From Tubiluchus corallicola (Eukaryota > Animalia > Priapulida), in the NCBI GenBank assembly GCA_030141605.1, contig JAQGDQ010000152.1:186001-250000 (forward strand): a DNA stretch of 64,000 bases. The letters run 5' to 3'. A program made the position numbers and the translations under genes. Shown here in pieces: positions 1 to 12,459 of this stretch; the stretch's first letter is position 1, and every line of letters starts with the position of its first letter. The notes below the pieces were generated by a model. The model saw only the letters and a list, made by a program, of their open reading frames with translations. It made no database searches and was not told the DNA's origin.

Positions 1-696
1 ATCGGTTGCTTCAATAATTATGCTTGTTCAAAGGAACAGACAGACACATAAACAAAATGACACACACTCAAAGCTGATGGTAATCTAAACATCAACTTTA
101 AAGTTGCTATTGAACATTTATTGGCAGTTTTGTTCAATTACCGATTATTGCGACCACTCGAGTTTTTGTCCTCAATCCAAACTTTGTTCAAGTTTGATAA
201 GAACTTGCAGAATTACCACTACATAACACTACCAACAGAAAACTTTTGCAGAGGGTTGTTAATGTGAACGTGTGAATGTTAACGTTCTCCAGAGTAAAAC
301 GCATGAACGTTTGAGCACAAGTTACTAAAGTTAATAAAGTAACAGAACAACAAGAAAAATTAAAATAAGTAATAGGAAAGAAAAGAAGTAATAGGCCTGC
401 ATCCACTGACGTTTTTTATGTGCACTATTTTTGCTGTTACATAGATTGTTGAATTTAATGAAAAGCAAAACAAGATAAAAGAAGATGCAAAGGTTTCCGT
501 AATTAACACACACAGATATTGGACAAAGAATGAATTGTGTTGAAGTAACATAAGTTTAATTTTTCTGTCATTTGGTTTTGTTCCACACGATCTGTAAGTT
601 TATAATTTAGTATTTGTCTTGTTTGCTTGTTATAATGTCGATTTTTGTATTTTTTACTCTGTATTTTTATTTAGGTGGGTTGTTGCTTGATCCATG

Positions 697-1490
697 ACAT
701 AGGGCATGTCGAAATGTTGCATAGTGCATGTCGAAATGTTGCATAGTGCATGTCGAAATGTTGCATAGGGCATGTCGAAATGTTGCATAGGGCATGTCGA
801 AATGTTGCATAGTGCATGTCGAAATGTTGCATAGTGCATGTCGAAATGTTGCATAGGGCATGTCGAAATGTTGCATAGTGCATGTCGAAATGTTGCATAG
901 GGCATGTCGAAATGTTGCGTAGGGCATGTCGAAATGTTGCATAGTGCATGTCGAAATGTTGCATAGGGCATGTCGAAATGTTGCATAGTGCATGTCGAAA
1001 TGTTGCGTAGGGCATGTCGAAATGTTGCATAGTGCATGTCGAAATGTTGCATAGGGCATGTCGAAATGTTGCATAGTGCATGTCGAAATGTTGCATAGTG
1101 CATGTCGAAATGTTGCATAGGGCATGTCGAAATGTTGCATAGTGCATGTCGAAATGTTGCGTAGGGCATGTCGAAATGTTGCATAGGGCCTGTCGAAATG
1201 TTGCGTAGGGCATGTCGAAATGTTGCATAGTGCATGTCGAAATGTTGCATAGGGCATGTCGAAATGTTGCATAGGGCATGTCGAAATGTTGCATAGTGCA
1301 TGTCGAAATGTTGCATAGGGCATGTCGAAATGTTGCATAGGGCATGTCGAAATGTTGCATAGTGCATGTCGAAATGTTGCATAGGGCATGTCGAAATGTT
1401 GCATAGGGCATGTCGAAATGTTGCATAGTGCATGTCGAAATGTTGCATAGTGCATGTCGAAATGTTGCATAGTGCATGTCGAAATGTTGC
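697..1490. repeat. 22-bp minisatellite, about 36 copies (CATAG[G/T]GCATGTCGAAATGTTG)
   Basis: Near-perfect 22-nt period read directly; variants CATAGTG/CATAGGG/CGTAGGG. It explains the three overlapping minus-strand ORFs at 654-1546. Confidence 0.97.
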
Positions 1491-1602
1491 AGATGTTGTG
1501 TCTGAATAAAACTCATGTCTTTACTTAGGTTGGTGCTGGCAATCATTTTTATATTAAGAATTGGTTTTCCTCAACGCCAATCAGTAAAAAAGATATATTA
1601 AG

Positions 1603-2240
1603 TTAAAGGACAGGAAAATGGGTACCTATTGTGTTTCAGAAATATCGCCTTAAGAAATTATATTACTTTACAGTAATTTTGTGCGTATATCGTACTCTCG
1701 TTAAAGGGAATTTTTGTTTGTCTTCATTTTAAATCTCCCGCAATAATGTCACTAAAACACGTAAATCAAGGGAAGAAAAGGAGTGTTAAATTATGTTCCA
1801 AAAAATTTTCCATACAAATCTGTATTACTTCGCATTTCCCTTACCTGTTGGAAAGACTTGTGTAACTAGAAATAATATTTAAAATGTTTGTGCCAATTAG
1901 TAAAATGTCGCTGACTCACTCTCCAGGGTGCGCCACTCACTAACCAAAAACGTATTTTTAATCTTATTGACAAAATACAGTAATTTAAAATTTTACTAAA
2001 TTAGCAACATGTGTGCTACGAATGCTCTGATTATTATTTCAAACTTTACTTAATGTTATCAAAACTTGTTTCAAACGACCTACCACTGAAATGGCTGCAC
2101 CTAACGGTCATTACGGAAGTTTAAACTTAAACGTTTTACACAGCGTTACGGCCGATGCAAGCCCTGCATGCAAAAAGGCAGTATGCAAATGCAATAAAAG
2201 TTCGAGACGAAGTGGAGGGCTTTCTTGTGCTTTAAATTGT
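1603..2240 (+). mobile_element. Non-autonomous DNA transposon, Kolobok-like family, copy 1
   Basis: Starts TTAAAGGAC. Internal blocks (TTTCAGAAA.ATCGCCTTAAGAAATTATATTACTTT; CTCCAGGGTGCGCCACTCACTAA; GAATGCTCTGATTATT) recur at 26.7-27.5 kb, 31.6-32.0 kb and inverted at 55.9-57.2 kb. Superfamily inferred only from TTAA+AGG termini. Confidence 0.7.
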
Positions 2241-2250
2241 GGGAGACAAC

Positions 2251-2619
2251 CAGGGCCTGATTAAAACCTCAAGTGGCCTGATGCACTGAAAAGATTCCCG
2301 TACCCCCACATATGTCTAATTCAGAACAATAACGATACTGAACTGTAAAATAAAATTTTATCTTTCGAAATTTAAAAAAAAACTTGTAGTAAAATTTATT
2401 TACAATAAACGCCAGGACATCAGCTTTGCATTGCATAAAAAGTGTGTTAGATGCACAGACGACTCTAAAAGGAACAGCTATCCAGCATATCTGACGCTGC
2501 CCCTATTCCTGTATGTTTTACATTTGGGTAATTGTTCGATTTGAAAGAACTGCGTGCGCCCCTCTTCCCCTGATGCCCTAGGCACGTGCTCACTTTGTTT
2601 AATGGTTAATCCAGGACCG
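2251..2619. mobile_element. hAT-like MITE, degenerate
   Basis: Ends CAGGGCCTGATTAA ... GGTTAATCCAGGACCG are imperfect inverted repeats; flanks GAGACAAC / GAGATCAG resemble a decayed 8-bp TSD. Confidence 0.5.
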
Positions 2620-3805
2620 GAGATCAGTTATTACAAAAGAAAAAAGAAATGAAGAGAAAAGCAATCTAGACAACAAATAATTACTCCTTCCGTCTTTACC
2701 TTCTCACTGTCATGTATTGGGTTACTTACTTGCAGGTAACTCTTATAAACAGATCTTTTTCGCCGTGAAATTAGTTTCGTTTTCGCTCTCGTGTAATCAA
2801 AACGCTGCCATTTACTCACTGTGAAGTAAATAACACGTATTCTACATTGTTAAGAAATTTTATATTCTGAAACAACCAAAAACGCGTGTCTATAATCTGA
2901 TTTAACAGTTACTAGTTTGTTACCACCATTTCAAGAGCAGAGAGCAAACAATGACCTAATAACGTTTCGAAGTCTTAAATGAATATAAATGATGTTATAT
3001 TTAATAAATACTTTTTTAAACGTGACTCACAATAATACATTTCGTAGGGGAATAATCTGTAAATTTTAATATTCCTAACTATGACGTCATTACACGAAAT
3101 ATAACAGGATCCGTTATATATGGGCTGGCAGAACTATGCAATAATAAAATTTATAAATTGTATGTTTACTCTGCATATCATAATACGGTCAAATCGATGA
3201 AATGGTGAAAACTACGTTTTGCATTATGAAACCAATATCTTTTACCATTTTAATATTGACCTTTATTGGGTTTTATACTTTTGTAAATTGTATTTCTAGT
3301 GATCTGTCTTGTGTTTTTATGTTTTTATGTGTCTGGGAGCGTATGTATATAAATAAACATTTATTATGTACGATATTAGTTGTTTTATAGTATAGCTGAG
3401 TGTTTTTAATTTTTATTCAGTGCTATGTACTTTTAAATGTATGAAATTAATTTTATATAAATAAACACAAGTCTAAATAATTTAATGTGTTTTCTGAGTT
3501 TAATCGTCTAGGTTACTGTCATGGCTTTTGTTTTTGTGTTTACCAGCGGTATATTTAACAGTGAAAAAGACTGAGAATGAAGCAGTGAAAAACTCTACAG
3601 TAAAAATTTCTATTTTTAACGTTTGTCAGAATATTACAATGACAGTTTATACAGAAAGCATTAACGTGAATTTTTACACAGACTTAACATCAACACATAG
3701 GCTACTGGTATGCCTCCTGGCAGCACCAGGAAAAAATCTCGTGTTTTGGTGCTGCCCAGGTTAATGGTACATTTGAGAAAAAAGCAAAAAAGGAGTGCAT
3801 GAAAC

Positions 3806-3890
3806 TCACACACACACACACGCACACGCACGCACGCACACACACACACGCACACGCTCATGCGCGCGCACACACACACACACACACACG
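3806..3890. repeat. (CA)n/(CACG)n microsatellite
   Basis: Seen directly. Confidence 0.95.
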
Positions 3891-4247
3891 CACTCTCTTT
3901 CTCTCTAATAAGTTTAACTTTTCACATGATACGACCGCCAGATATATTTCTACTCTTAATCTTATTTATTTTGATGTGATTCACAGAAAATGTGCATACA
4001 GTTTATACGTCAGGCTGAATAAGAGTGGAAATTTTATATGCAAGAACATTTTAAACAGTGATGTAAACTTTTCTTCTGTAATTAGACGTCATTGGCGTAG
4101 TTTGTTATATCGTTAATTGTTATTTGTGTTATTGTTGTGTTTCATGATTTATTGTATTATTTGTATCTATTTCTGATCTGTATATGAACTTTGTAAAGTT
4201 TGAAATAAAACGTTAAAATCTAAAAATCTAAACAAATCTTTCTCGTG

Positions 4248-4264
4248 CTCTCTCTCTCTTTCTT

Positions 4265-4354
<90 letters not shown>

Positions 4355-4376
4355 CGTCTCCCTCTCTCTCTCTCTC
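4248..4376. repeat. (CT)n microsatellite
   Basis: Seen directly. Confidence 0.95.
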
Positions 4377-4506
4377 CTTCCGTTTCGTAATAATTTGATC
4401 TAATGAATGAACGACAGAGAGTAAATGTTGTCTTTCTCAGTGAACAGTTTCAAATCACAAACTGGCAAGCATGAAAATTATGAACTCAGTAAAACAAACA
4501 TAAGAA

Positions 4507-5365
4507 CTACATATACCAAAGCAGTTTTGCCAACATGATCCTGCTTAGTAAAAAAAATAAGGCAATACTAAGTATGTAATTTACTATTATAATCATAATT
4601 ACATTGCCAGTGAACCAAATCACTATGAGCAATGTGTCAATTATTGCCCTGGGAGTCTTCTTCAATGGTGCCTTATTTAACATTGCGAAAACTCTCACTG
4701 GAGCTTCTGAAGCGTCTCCAAGATTCATTGGAATTGCGAACACGGTGCTTCCTGCAGGAGGAATTTGGTGAAGGTTTGTCAGAAAGTCAATGATACCAAT
4801 ACTGTAATGTATGTCTTTATGGACTAATTGTAGTAACGGTGTGATAAATAGACTGCGTATTGCATACAGAAAACTGTTTCGCTTGAAGTACGATTGCAGT
4901 GCTTCTAGTATGTGTGTAAACCTAACTGTGCCACATTTTAGTCCTGTTGGCAGAAGATCATGTTGTAGCTTTCAAAATAGATTACTGCTGTACACTGGCA
5001 ATAGTATCATAATTGCTATTATTAACTCACATAGACTTCTCAAATCTTACTTTTTGTGAAATGAAACGAATTATTACATAATTAGCCTCTAAAATTTATT
5101 AGGTTTTAATTTACTAACTCTGTATATATATTTACTTTTCTAATTTTTATTTTATTGTATTTTATTTCAGTTTAATAGTGTATTTGTATTTAATATGGTT
5201 TTAGTCCTGAAATAAAAATTTGAGTTGAATTAAATTAAATTGCATCCCGCTTGGACAAGTTGATGAATTTTTATCGTTGGATCACTGCTTGAGTCTAGTC
5301 CGACTTCGGATCCAAATAATTCGATAGATTTTTTGTGTTTTTGGGAGTGAAGGACTCCCCAAGGA
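4507..5365 (-). pseudogene. C-terminal fragment of a cyclase-family (kynurenine formamidase / isatin hydrolase-like) gene, split by a LINE insertion
   Basis: Minus 5365-5241 reads ..SIELFGSEVGLDSSSDPTIKIHQLVQAGC and minus 4802-4507 continues SIGIIDFLTNLHQIPPAGSTVFAIPMNLGDASEAPVRVFAML plus a hydrophobic tail. This matches the family C-terminal pattern H..L...I..LENL.NL..LP..G......P....G.SGAPVRV.A (recalled). No upstream exons found. Confidence 0.65.
4803..5240 (+). mobile_element. 5'-truncated non-LTR retrotransposon (LINE) 3' fragment
   Basis: ORF2 C-terminal-like text (SLWTN..LRIAYRKLFRLKYDCSASSMCVNL..F.NRL), AT-rich 3' UTR, AATAAA near 5211 and a (TTAAA)n-like tail. Confidence 0.65.
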
Positions 5366-5854
5366 GTTAAATAATGATAATACACTAATATTGCTTGTTT
5401 TCTTTTAAATATCTTACTACTGCTTGTTTACTCATTTATTAAATTTGTTATTTTCCATAATATAATTTATTTCTTTACTTTAATTTTTAATTTTTTTAAT
5501 GATATTAAATTACATATACATACAAATTTATACTCACTCACTCACTTACTGTAGGGTGTCTATGTTTTAATACACTGTATATTCAATCCCAATTTTTCTA
5601 AACTAAAAAATTACTTCCGTTTCACTTTCTCACACATTTTTTTGTATGATACACGAATCAGTGTCACTATCATCTTAAAATTTTGAATTTGACAAACTAA
5701 TCACTTCTACGAATCTTTTTATCACATGAGAATTGGTGAGCTTGTTTTATAGGCTACTAACAGTAATGTATTCCTATTTCTAAATTTGAATTCGGATGAG
5801 TGATGGGGCGGGTTAATCGTGTTCCTCGGATGGAGTGTTGTTCTTCTAAGTCGT

Positions 5855-7839
5855 CTACTCCTCTTCCTTGCGCTTGACCTCAACCTCTGCGTTGAAACAG
5901 ATAAGCTCTTCATCCGTTAATCCGTCGTAGATTTTTGTCACACTCCTGTATGTTCCCTTAAACAAAAATGTATTTTAAAGCTCTTGTGCTTGAACAGCAA
6001 AGATAATTTACTAAAAAGATTTTCAAAGCCAAAGGTTTGTTAGGCGTCGTTTTTGGAGTTTATCATTTGGAAACTGGCGTGGATTCACTGAAGTTCTTAC
6101 GAACTATTTTCTTTGTAAGTTTGCGCGTACGAACATTTTACCGCTACGCGCAGATTCACAAAACCAGTCTTCGTAAAAAATGTTCGTAATTTCACGCAAG
6201 GGTTAGGACTTGCGTAATTGTAATTTAGCACATTGTAATTTAGTTTAAATGACCATGGCTGCTGTTTTCGTGGAAGAAAAAAGGCTAATAACAGAAATTT
6301 GATGCACAGAGAACGTATTCTTCGCAATAGATGCTAAGACCTTTCCAAAAATTTCAAAAGAAGATATGGAACTACAGTTCACACGGCAGACCACCAAGCT
6401 TGCATGTCTCTCTCCCTCTTTCTGTGTTGGTCTGCCTATTCATCTGTATGTCTATCTATCTATGTACGCATCCACGAATCTACCAAATGACTGACCAAGT
6501 AGCCAATTGACGGACGGACCGACCGACCTACCTGCCTACTTATTTATTCGTCCATATTTTTAACTTGTTTTTCTTTTGTGAGCTCCATTGGTCATTTAGA
6601 GCAATTTAATAGCATTCAGAGAAACAGAAAAACAAAATAAAGGTGTCCAAAACTTAGGAAGGGAATCCCAGAGATGTTTTCTTGGGGGCAAGTAAGTAAA
6701 TGATGCGTCTAGTACCACCTAGTGTAAAGTGTTCGCAGTACCTGAGACAGTATTTATGTCTGCGCCTGTAATACTAAAGTCTAATAAACGGTGCCCCAAG
6801 AGTAGGTATCGGCTGACAAAATGGTCAAAAAAGTGTTATTTTGTGTTATTGTGCTTGTAGTGCTCGTTTAGATTTGGTGAGGCAAAAAGTTACCCTGGCG
6901 CCGTTAAGAATCTGAGGTATAAAATGATGAATTTTGTGTTTTTAGTAAGAAGGTATGCAGAAAATACAAATACTTCTGCGACTGGTTTCCGCGGATTATG
7001 TAGAAAATATAATATCTGAAATAATATAATTTTGAAAGGCTACACGCTATGACAGTTTTTCATAGCACATTTCACAAAGAAAATAATATTTATAGTAGAG
7101 TTCCTATATTTGCTACTAGACTAGCCTGCACGATTACAACTCAGCAATATCAGAAAAAATAGTACCTCTGTTATTTTTGCTATAAAATCTGGTACGTTAT
7201 TAAGATCAACATGAAAACCATCGTTTCTGTGAATGCCCTTTTCAAGAGGACAATGCATCCAGCTTTCTATACAAACGTCTTCGTACGTACTGAAAAAAGT
7301 AAAAATAGTGTAACGAATAATGGATGGTGCTCATACGCCGGTTGTTGCATAGCTAAAAAGAAAACGTAATAAGAGCAGAAGAATAAGTAAAATTACTGAT
7401 TTAAGTAACACGCCAGACGTCTACCCGATCGCGCTCCATGCCGGTTGTCATTGCGGAACAGGTGCTGAGATGGAAGACGCTCCTGCCCGTCAGCCCACCT
7501 GAATCGACGAGGCCATTCCATACCAGCTACTTATAGCTGCTGTGCAACGCTGATATCCACTGGCTTCGTAATGGATCAAACCATCCCAATGTAGAGGGGG
7601 TCGAAAATAAAGGGTATTTCGCCCCCGTAATAATAATATGAGCACAAACATATGTAGTTATTAACTTCGTTTATTAATATATTATGCCCCATGTGCGGGG
7701 TTATGTTTCCGTAGTTTTTTATTCATTGTAATGTACTGTTCATTGTACTGTTTGTACTGTTTATGTAATGTTTTGTAACCTGTAATTGTAATTGTAATTG
7801 TGTGGATTAGAAATCGTCAATAAATAAATAAATAAATTT

Positions 7840-7871
<32 letters not shown>

Positions 7872-8897
7872 AAGAAAACCATAACTAGTTAGTTAGTTGT
7901 CACAATCACGGACGCTATGTTTAAAAACAAAAGGTATGTCACAAAATGTGCCGTACATTCTGCTTCTAAACTAAAGCGCTTCTAACTCCAAACATATCTT
8001 CTCTCGGTGGAGTCATCAATATTGGAGACGTACTATAAGTTGCTCTATGTTAGTGAGGAGGTTAGCCAACTTAAGCCAGTTACAATCTGATTTTGCCTAG
8101 CAAAATTCTTGCTTCCTTTAAGGCAGGGGTGTGCAAACTGAGGCCCGCGAAGAGGTTTGTCAACATATTGAAAGTGCGGCCCACGCGATCCAGCTGAAGT
8201 CTGCACCAATGTCGCAAAGATAGTGCGGGTAGTTTTTTTCCTCTAGATCGGATGGCATTAACCCTTACAAGACCGTTATCAATTAATGTCACTGTCGGAC
8301 ATGACAAAATATATGGTTTTTAATATAAATTTTAATAACTTCTAAAATAGTTTCTTGAGTGTAGTAGTAATAATGTGCGCAAATCGGATGCAAAAAAATC
8401 GGATGCGTTTTACTGCGACAGACTGCGCTACATTCGCGGGTAGTTAAAAATAATCAAACCAGCACAGAGCACTTCCATTACAATACAACTAGATGAAAAA
8501 AGAAACACATTTTTTAATTGTACTCACCAAGAACCAAAATCCGAAATACATGGAACCTTGACAAATTTATGGAAGAGGGTAAATCCGAGTAGCTCGATTT
8601 TAATTTCACGTCTGAGTTCAATCTCTACTCGAATAGGAGCAAACAGACGTCGTGTTGTCTCAGCTTGATACGCAGCCACAACCTCTCCGGGTATTATGAC
8701 AGGGGTGGGGGAGATGGTGGCGTTGTGTATGATGACTGCAGCGCTTGTGCTGTTTAAAGCTGAAATAATTACGAAGCAGTGTCAACTGTCAGTGTCAACA
8801 AAAACAACCTTCAACATCAACAATAGAGAGCAACAACAACAACAACAACAACAGCAGCAATAACGACAACAACAACAACAACACCACCACCACCACC

Positions 8898-8929
<32 letters not shown>

Positions 8930-11900
8930 CAGCAACAACAACAACGACAACGACACCTATACTCTTAGTACATACACAAAGACACGTGCATGTTTAACGT
9001 TTGTCAACAACTACATGTTCTATTATGTTAACGTATTAACTCATGATATGACCTCAACTGATTAACTAGCTATTCACGTAAGCTCTTGGATAGGTATGTA
9101 GGCGATCCCTTGTTCGTATCTTTTTATATATAAGTGTTCTTGTTTACGACTCCAGCGATTTTCCTATATGCAGGCAACCGACAATCTCCTTCCTTTAAAT
9201 AACCTTGAGCTTGAAGTTTTTTAATATATAATATATATCATTTATTTAGCGCACGCTGTACAGTTTTACATGTTTAATAACAATAGACAAAACAATCAAA
9301 AAAGGCATTTCAATATACAGTTAGTATAGGGGCAGGCAGAGATGTGAAAAAACCATCATACAACAAATTAAATAACAAAAAAGTGTTCAAGTTTTACACA
9401 AGTGCAATAAGTATAGGTAAATTTAGATAAAAATCAATACTCAAAAAGGAAACAAGCAATCGTATTAGTTTATACATGCTATACATGCAAAATTCAAGAA
9501 AGAGTTATGATACAGCTATGTATGCTAAAAGATGTACGTATCCAATAAACCGTTGTCAAGGTTTACTGGACACGTACAGACTAAAACTCGCCAGAACTGA
9601 CAAAAGGTTATGAAATGAATGAGGTTTTACCAAAATGTTTGGTACTATGCACTTCTACAGTATAAATCAAATAAAATTAATTAATTAAACAGTTTTAATT
9701 AACGAATTTTGACAATTTTTTGTCTCGATTTGAACGTTTTACTTTTTCCTTCGAAAATGCAACAATTATTATTGTATAATTATAATATAAACTTGTGAAA
9801 CAGGGAATGGGTAGCGAAGGAAATCAAAGAACAACACTTAAGAATCAAGAAATCAAGACCCATTCTGTCTAAGTACCACCCTGAAATCTCGACTCATTTG
9901 GGTAACTATCATCTTAAATCTCAACTCTTTTGTATAACTATCAACTAAATCTCGACTCATTTGGGTAACTATCACCCTAAATCTCAACTCATTTGGCTAA
10001 CTATCACCTTAAATCTCAACTCATTTGGGTAACTATCACCCTAAATCTCAACTCATTTGGCTAACTATCACCTTAAATCTTAACTCATTTGGGTAACTAT
10101 CACCCTAAATCTCAACTCATTTTTATAACTATCACCTTAAATCTCAACTCTTTTGGGTAACTATCATCCTAAATCTTAGCTCATTTGGGTAACTATCACC
10201 TAAAATCTCAACTCATTTGGGTAACTATCACCTTAAATCTCAACTCTTTTGTATAACTATCACCTTAAATCTCAACTCATTTTTATAACTATCACCTTAA
10301 ATCTCAACTCTTTTGTATAACTATCACCCTAAATCTCAACTCATTTTTATAACTATCACCTTAAATCTCAACTCATTTGGGTAACTATCATCCTAAATCT
10401 CAACTCTTTTGGGTAACTATCATCCTAAATCTTAGCTCATTTGGGTAACTATCACCTAAAATCTCAACTCTTTTGGGTAACTATCACCTTAAATCTCAAC
10501 TCTTTTGTATAACTATCACCTTAAATCTCAACTCATTTGGGTAACTATCATCCTAAATCTCAACTCTTTTGGGTAACTATCATCCTAAATCTTAGCTCAT
10601 TTGGGTAACTATCACCTAAAATCTCAACTCATTTGGGTAACTATCACCTTAAATCTCAACTCTTTTGTATAACTATCACCTTAAATCTCAACTCATTTTT
10701 ATAACTATCACCTTAAATCTCAACTCTTTTGTATAACTATCACCCTAAATCTCAACTCATTTTTATAACTATCACCTTAAATCTCAACTCATTTGGGTAA
10801 CTATCATCCTAAATCTCAACTCTTTTGGGTAACTATCATCCTAAATCTTAGCTCATTTGGGTAACTATCACCTAAAATCTCAACTCTTTTGGGTAACTAT
10901 CACCTTAAATCTCAACTCTTTTGTATAACTATCACCTTAAATCTCAACTCATTTGGGTAACTATCATCCTAAATCTCAACTCATTTGGGTAACTATCACC
11001 CTAAATCTCAACTCATTTGGCTAACTATCACCTTAAATCTCAACTCATTTGGGTAACTATCACCTTAAATCTCAACTCTTTTGTATAACTATCACCTTAA
11101 ATCTCAACTCATTTGGGTAACTATCACCCTAAATCTCAACTCATTTGGGTAACTATCATCCTAAATCTCAACTCTTTTGGGTAACTATCACCTAAAATCT
11201 CAACTCTTTTGGGTAACTATCACCTTAAATGTCAACTCATTTGGGTAACTATTACCTAAAATGTCAACTCATTTGGGTAACTATCACCTAAAATCTCAAC
11301 TCATTTGGGTAACTATCATCCTAAAATCTCAACTCATTTGGAGTTAAAAAGCTTAAAAAATGAATGTGTGTGAAGTACAAAATAACTGGATTTTTCTTTG
11401 ATCCAAAGTAAAGCTCAGAAAACTACTTCTTTCGAATACGTCTCCATTCTTCTCTCTATTTTAAATAAAACAAGATCATTCGCGTTCTCTGCATTCACTA
11501 ATTCTCTGGTGACGAGATTTACTGTAATAAACAGCAAGGTTCCCGAATTGAACCGCGGCGCTAGAACGCTAAATTGCTAAAAATAGCTATTGTGTTGAAA
11601 ATTTTTTCTTGAGCTATTTTTTTTTCTTAAAATATTCTTGAGCCATTTTCCCTATAAGCTGCTTCTTACGTGTACGATAAGTACGATAAAAAACTACGTT
11701 GAAATTAATACAATGTAGAGTTAAAGTGCAATTATAATTCGCATTTAACGTATTTATGGCTGTAATTTAAACGTCTAATGGATTTTATTAAATTTGTAAA
11801 TGCAAGCAGTGCATAATAATAATGTTTGTATGGTTGTGCTAGTTAAATTTAGATACATTCGTCAACAGTTGTATGACCTTTCAAGGGTGGTGGTGTGGTG

Positions 11901-12459
11901 CTGTAGAAATTAAATTTCTATAAAACAACAATTCTACTGCAAAAACGATGTGAATTAAGAAAAGTGCAGAGTTACCTCAACCGTTAATTAATTATTAAAT
12001 AAAGTACCTTAATTATCGACATTTTGCATTCTTGGACAAGTTTGGACATCATTTGACAATTACAAATAGAATGTATTAAAAATTTAATCATGATATGCTA
12101 TAGTAAACATAATGACCTGACTTTAGTGCTCTGGTCACAAAATTTATTATACGACGTTGATCTTTCGTTTTTATTTATGGATTTCTGTAACTACGTACTG
12201 CTAACACAAAGTTCGTGAACTAAATCAATACGCACTGAAATTTATCGGAAAATCGGACACTCCTGGGAATTATTTTTTCAAACTATTGGTGTTTCTGCAC
12301 CTTCATATTACAGTAACTGTTATTTGTATGTTATTAACTGACATTAATATACCTCAATAATAGTTATTAAGTAATATACTTACTACAATCTGCGTCCCAG
12401 GAAAAACCGTAAACTTGAGCGGCAAGCAGCACGAATAATGCTATCCGGGAAACCATCAT
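5855..12459 (-). CDS. GM2A: GM2 ganglioside activator-like (ML domain) secreted/lysosomal lipid-binding protein, 177 aa, 4 exons
   Basis: Exons 12384-12459 (MMVSRIALFVLLAAQVYGFSWDADC, signal peptide + FSW..C), 8528-8759 (..ISPTPVIIPG..APIRVEIEL..KVPCISDFGSC), 7166-7289 (TYEDVC..HCPLEKG..) and 5855-5956 (GTYR..LICFNAEVEV..stop). All introns GT-AG, phases 1/2/0 consistent, 534 nt in total. Motifs match GM2A (FSWDNC, PDPIIVPG, KIPC..IGSCT, CPF..G, GNYR..LGC). Confidence 0.85.
8830..8955. repeat. (CAA)n/(CAC)n compound trinucleotide microsatellite in GM2A-like intron 1
   Basis: Seen directly. Confidence 0.9.
9880..11340. repeat. 32-bp minisatellite, about 45 copies (GGGTAACTATCACC[C/T]TAAATCTCAACTCATTT), with higher-order structure
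   Basis: 32-nt period confirmed at 9963/9995; the CTTAGCTC variant recurs at 10175, 10431, 10591 and 10847. Confidence 0.96.

Noticed and set aside
654-1546. Three 264-291 aa His/Cys-rich ORFs
   Set aside because: Produced by a 22-bp repeat with no stop on the minus strand; all three frames give the same periodic peptide and there is no unique coding flank.
1-2960. Possible 5'-UTR exons of a further minus-strand gene (donor near 2819, acceptor near 329)
   Set aside because: No recognisable coding sequence; splice-like motifs alone are insufficient.
697-11340. Possible CRISPR-like arrays at 697-1490 and 9880-11340
   Set aside because: Units are head-to-tail with no unique spacers; eukaryotic context and no cas genes.
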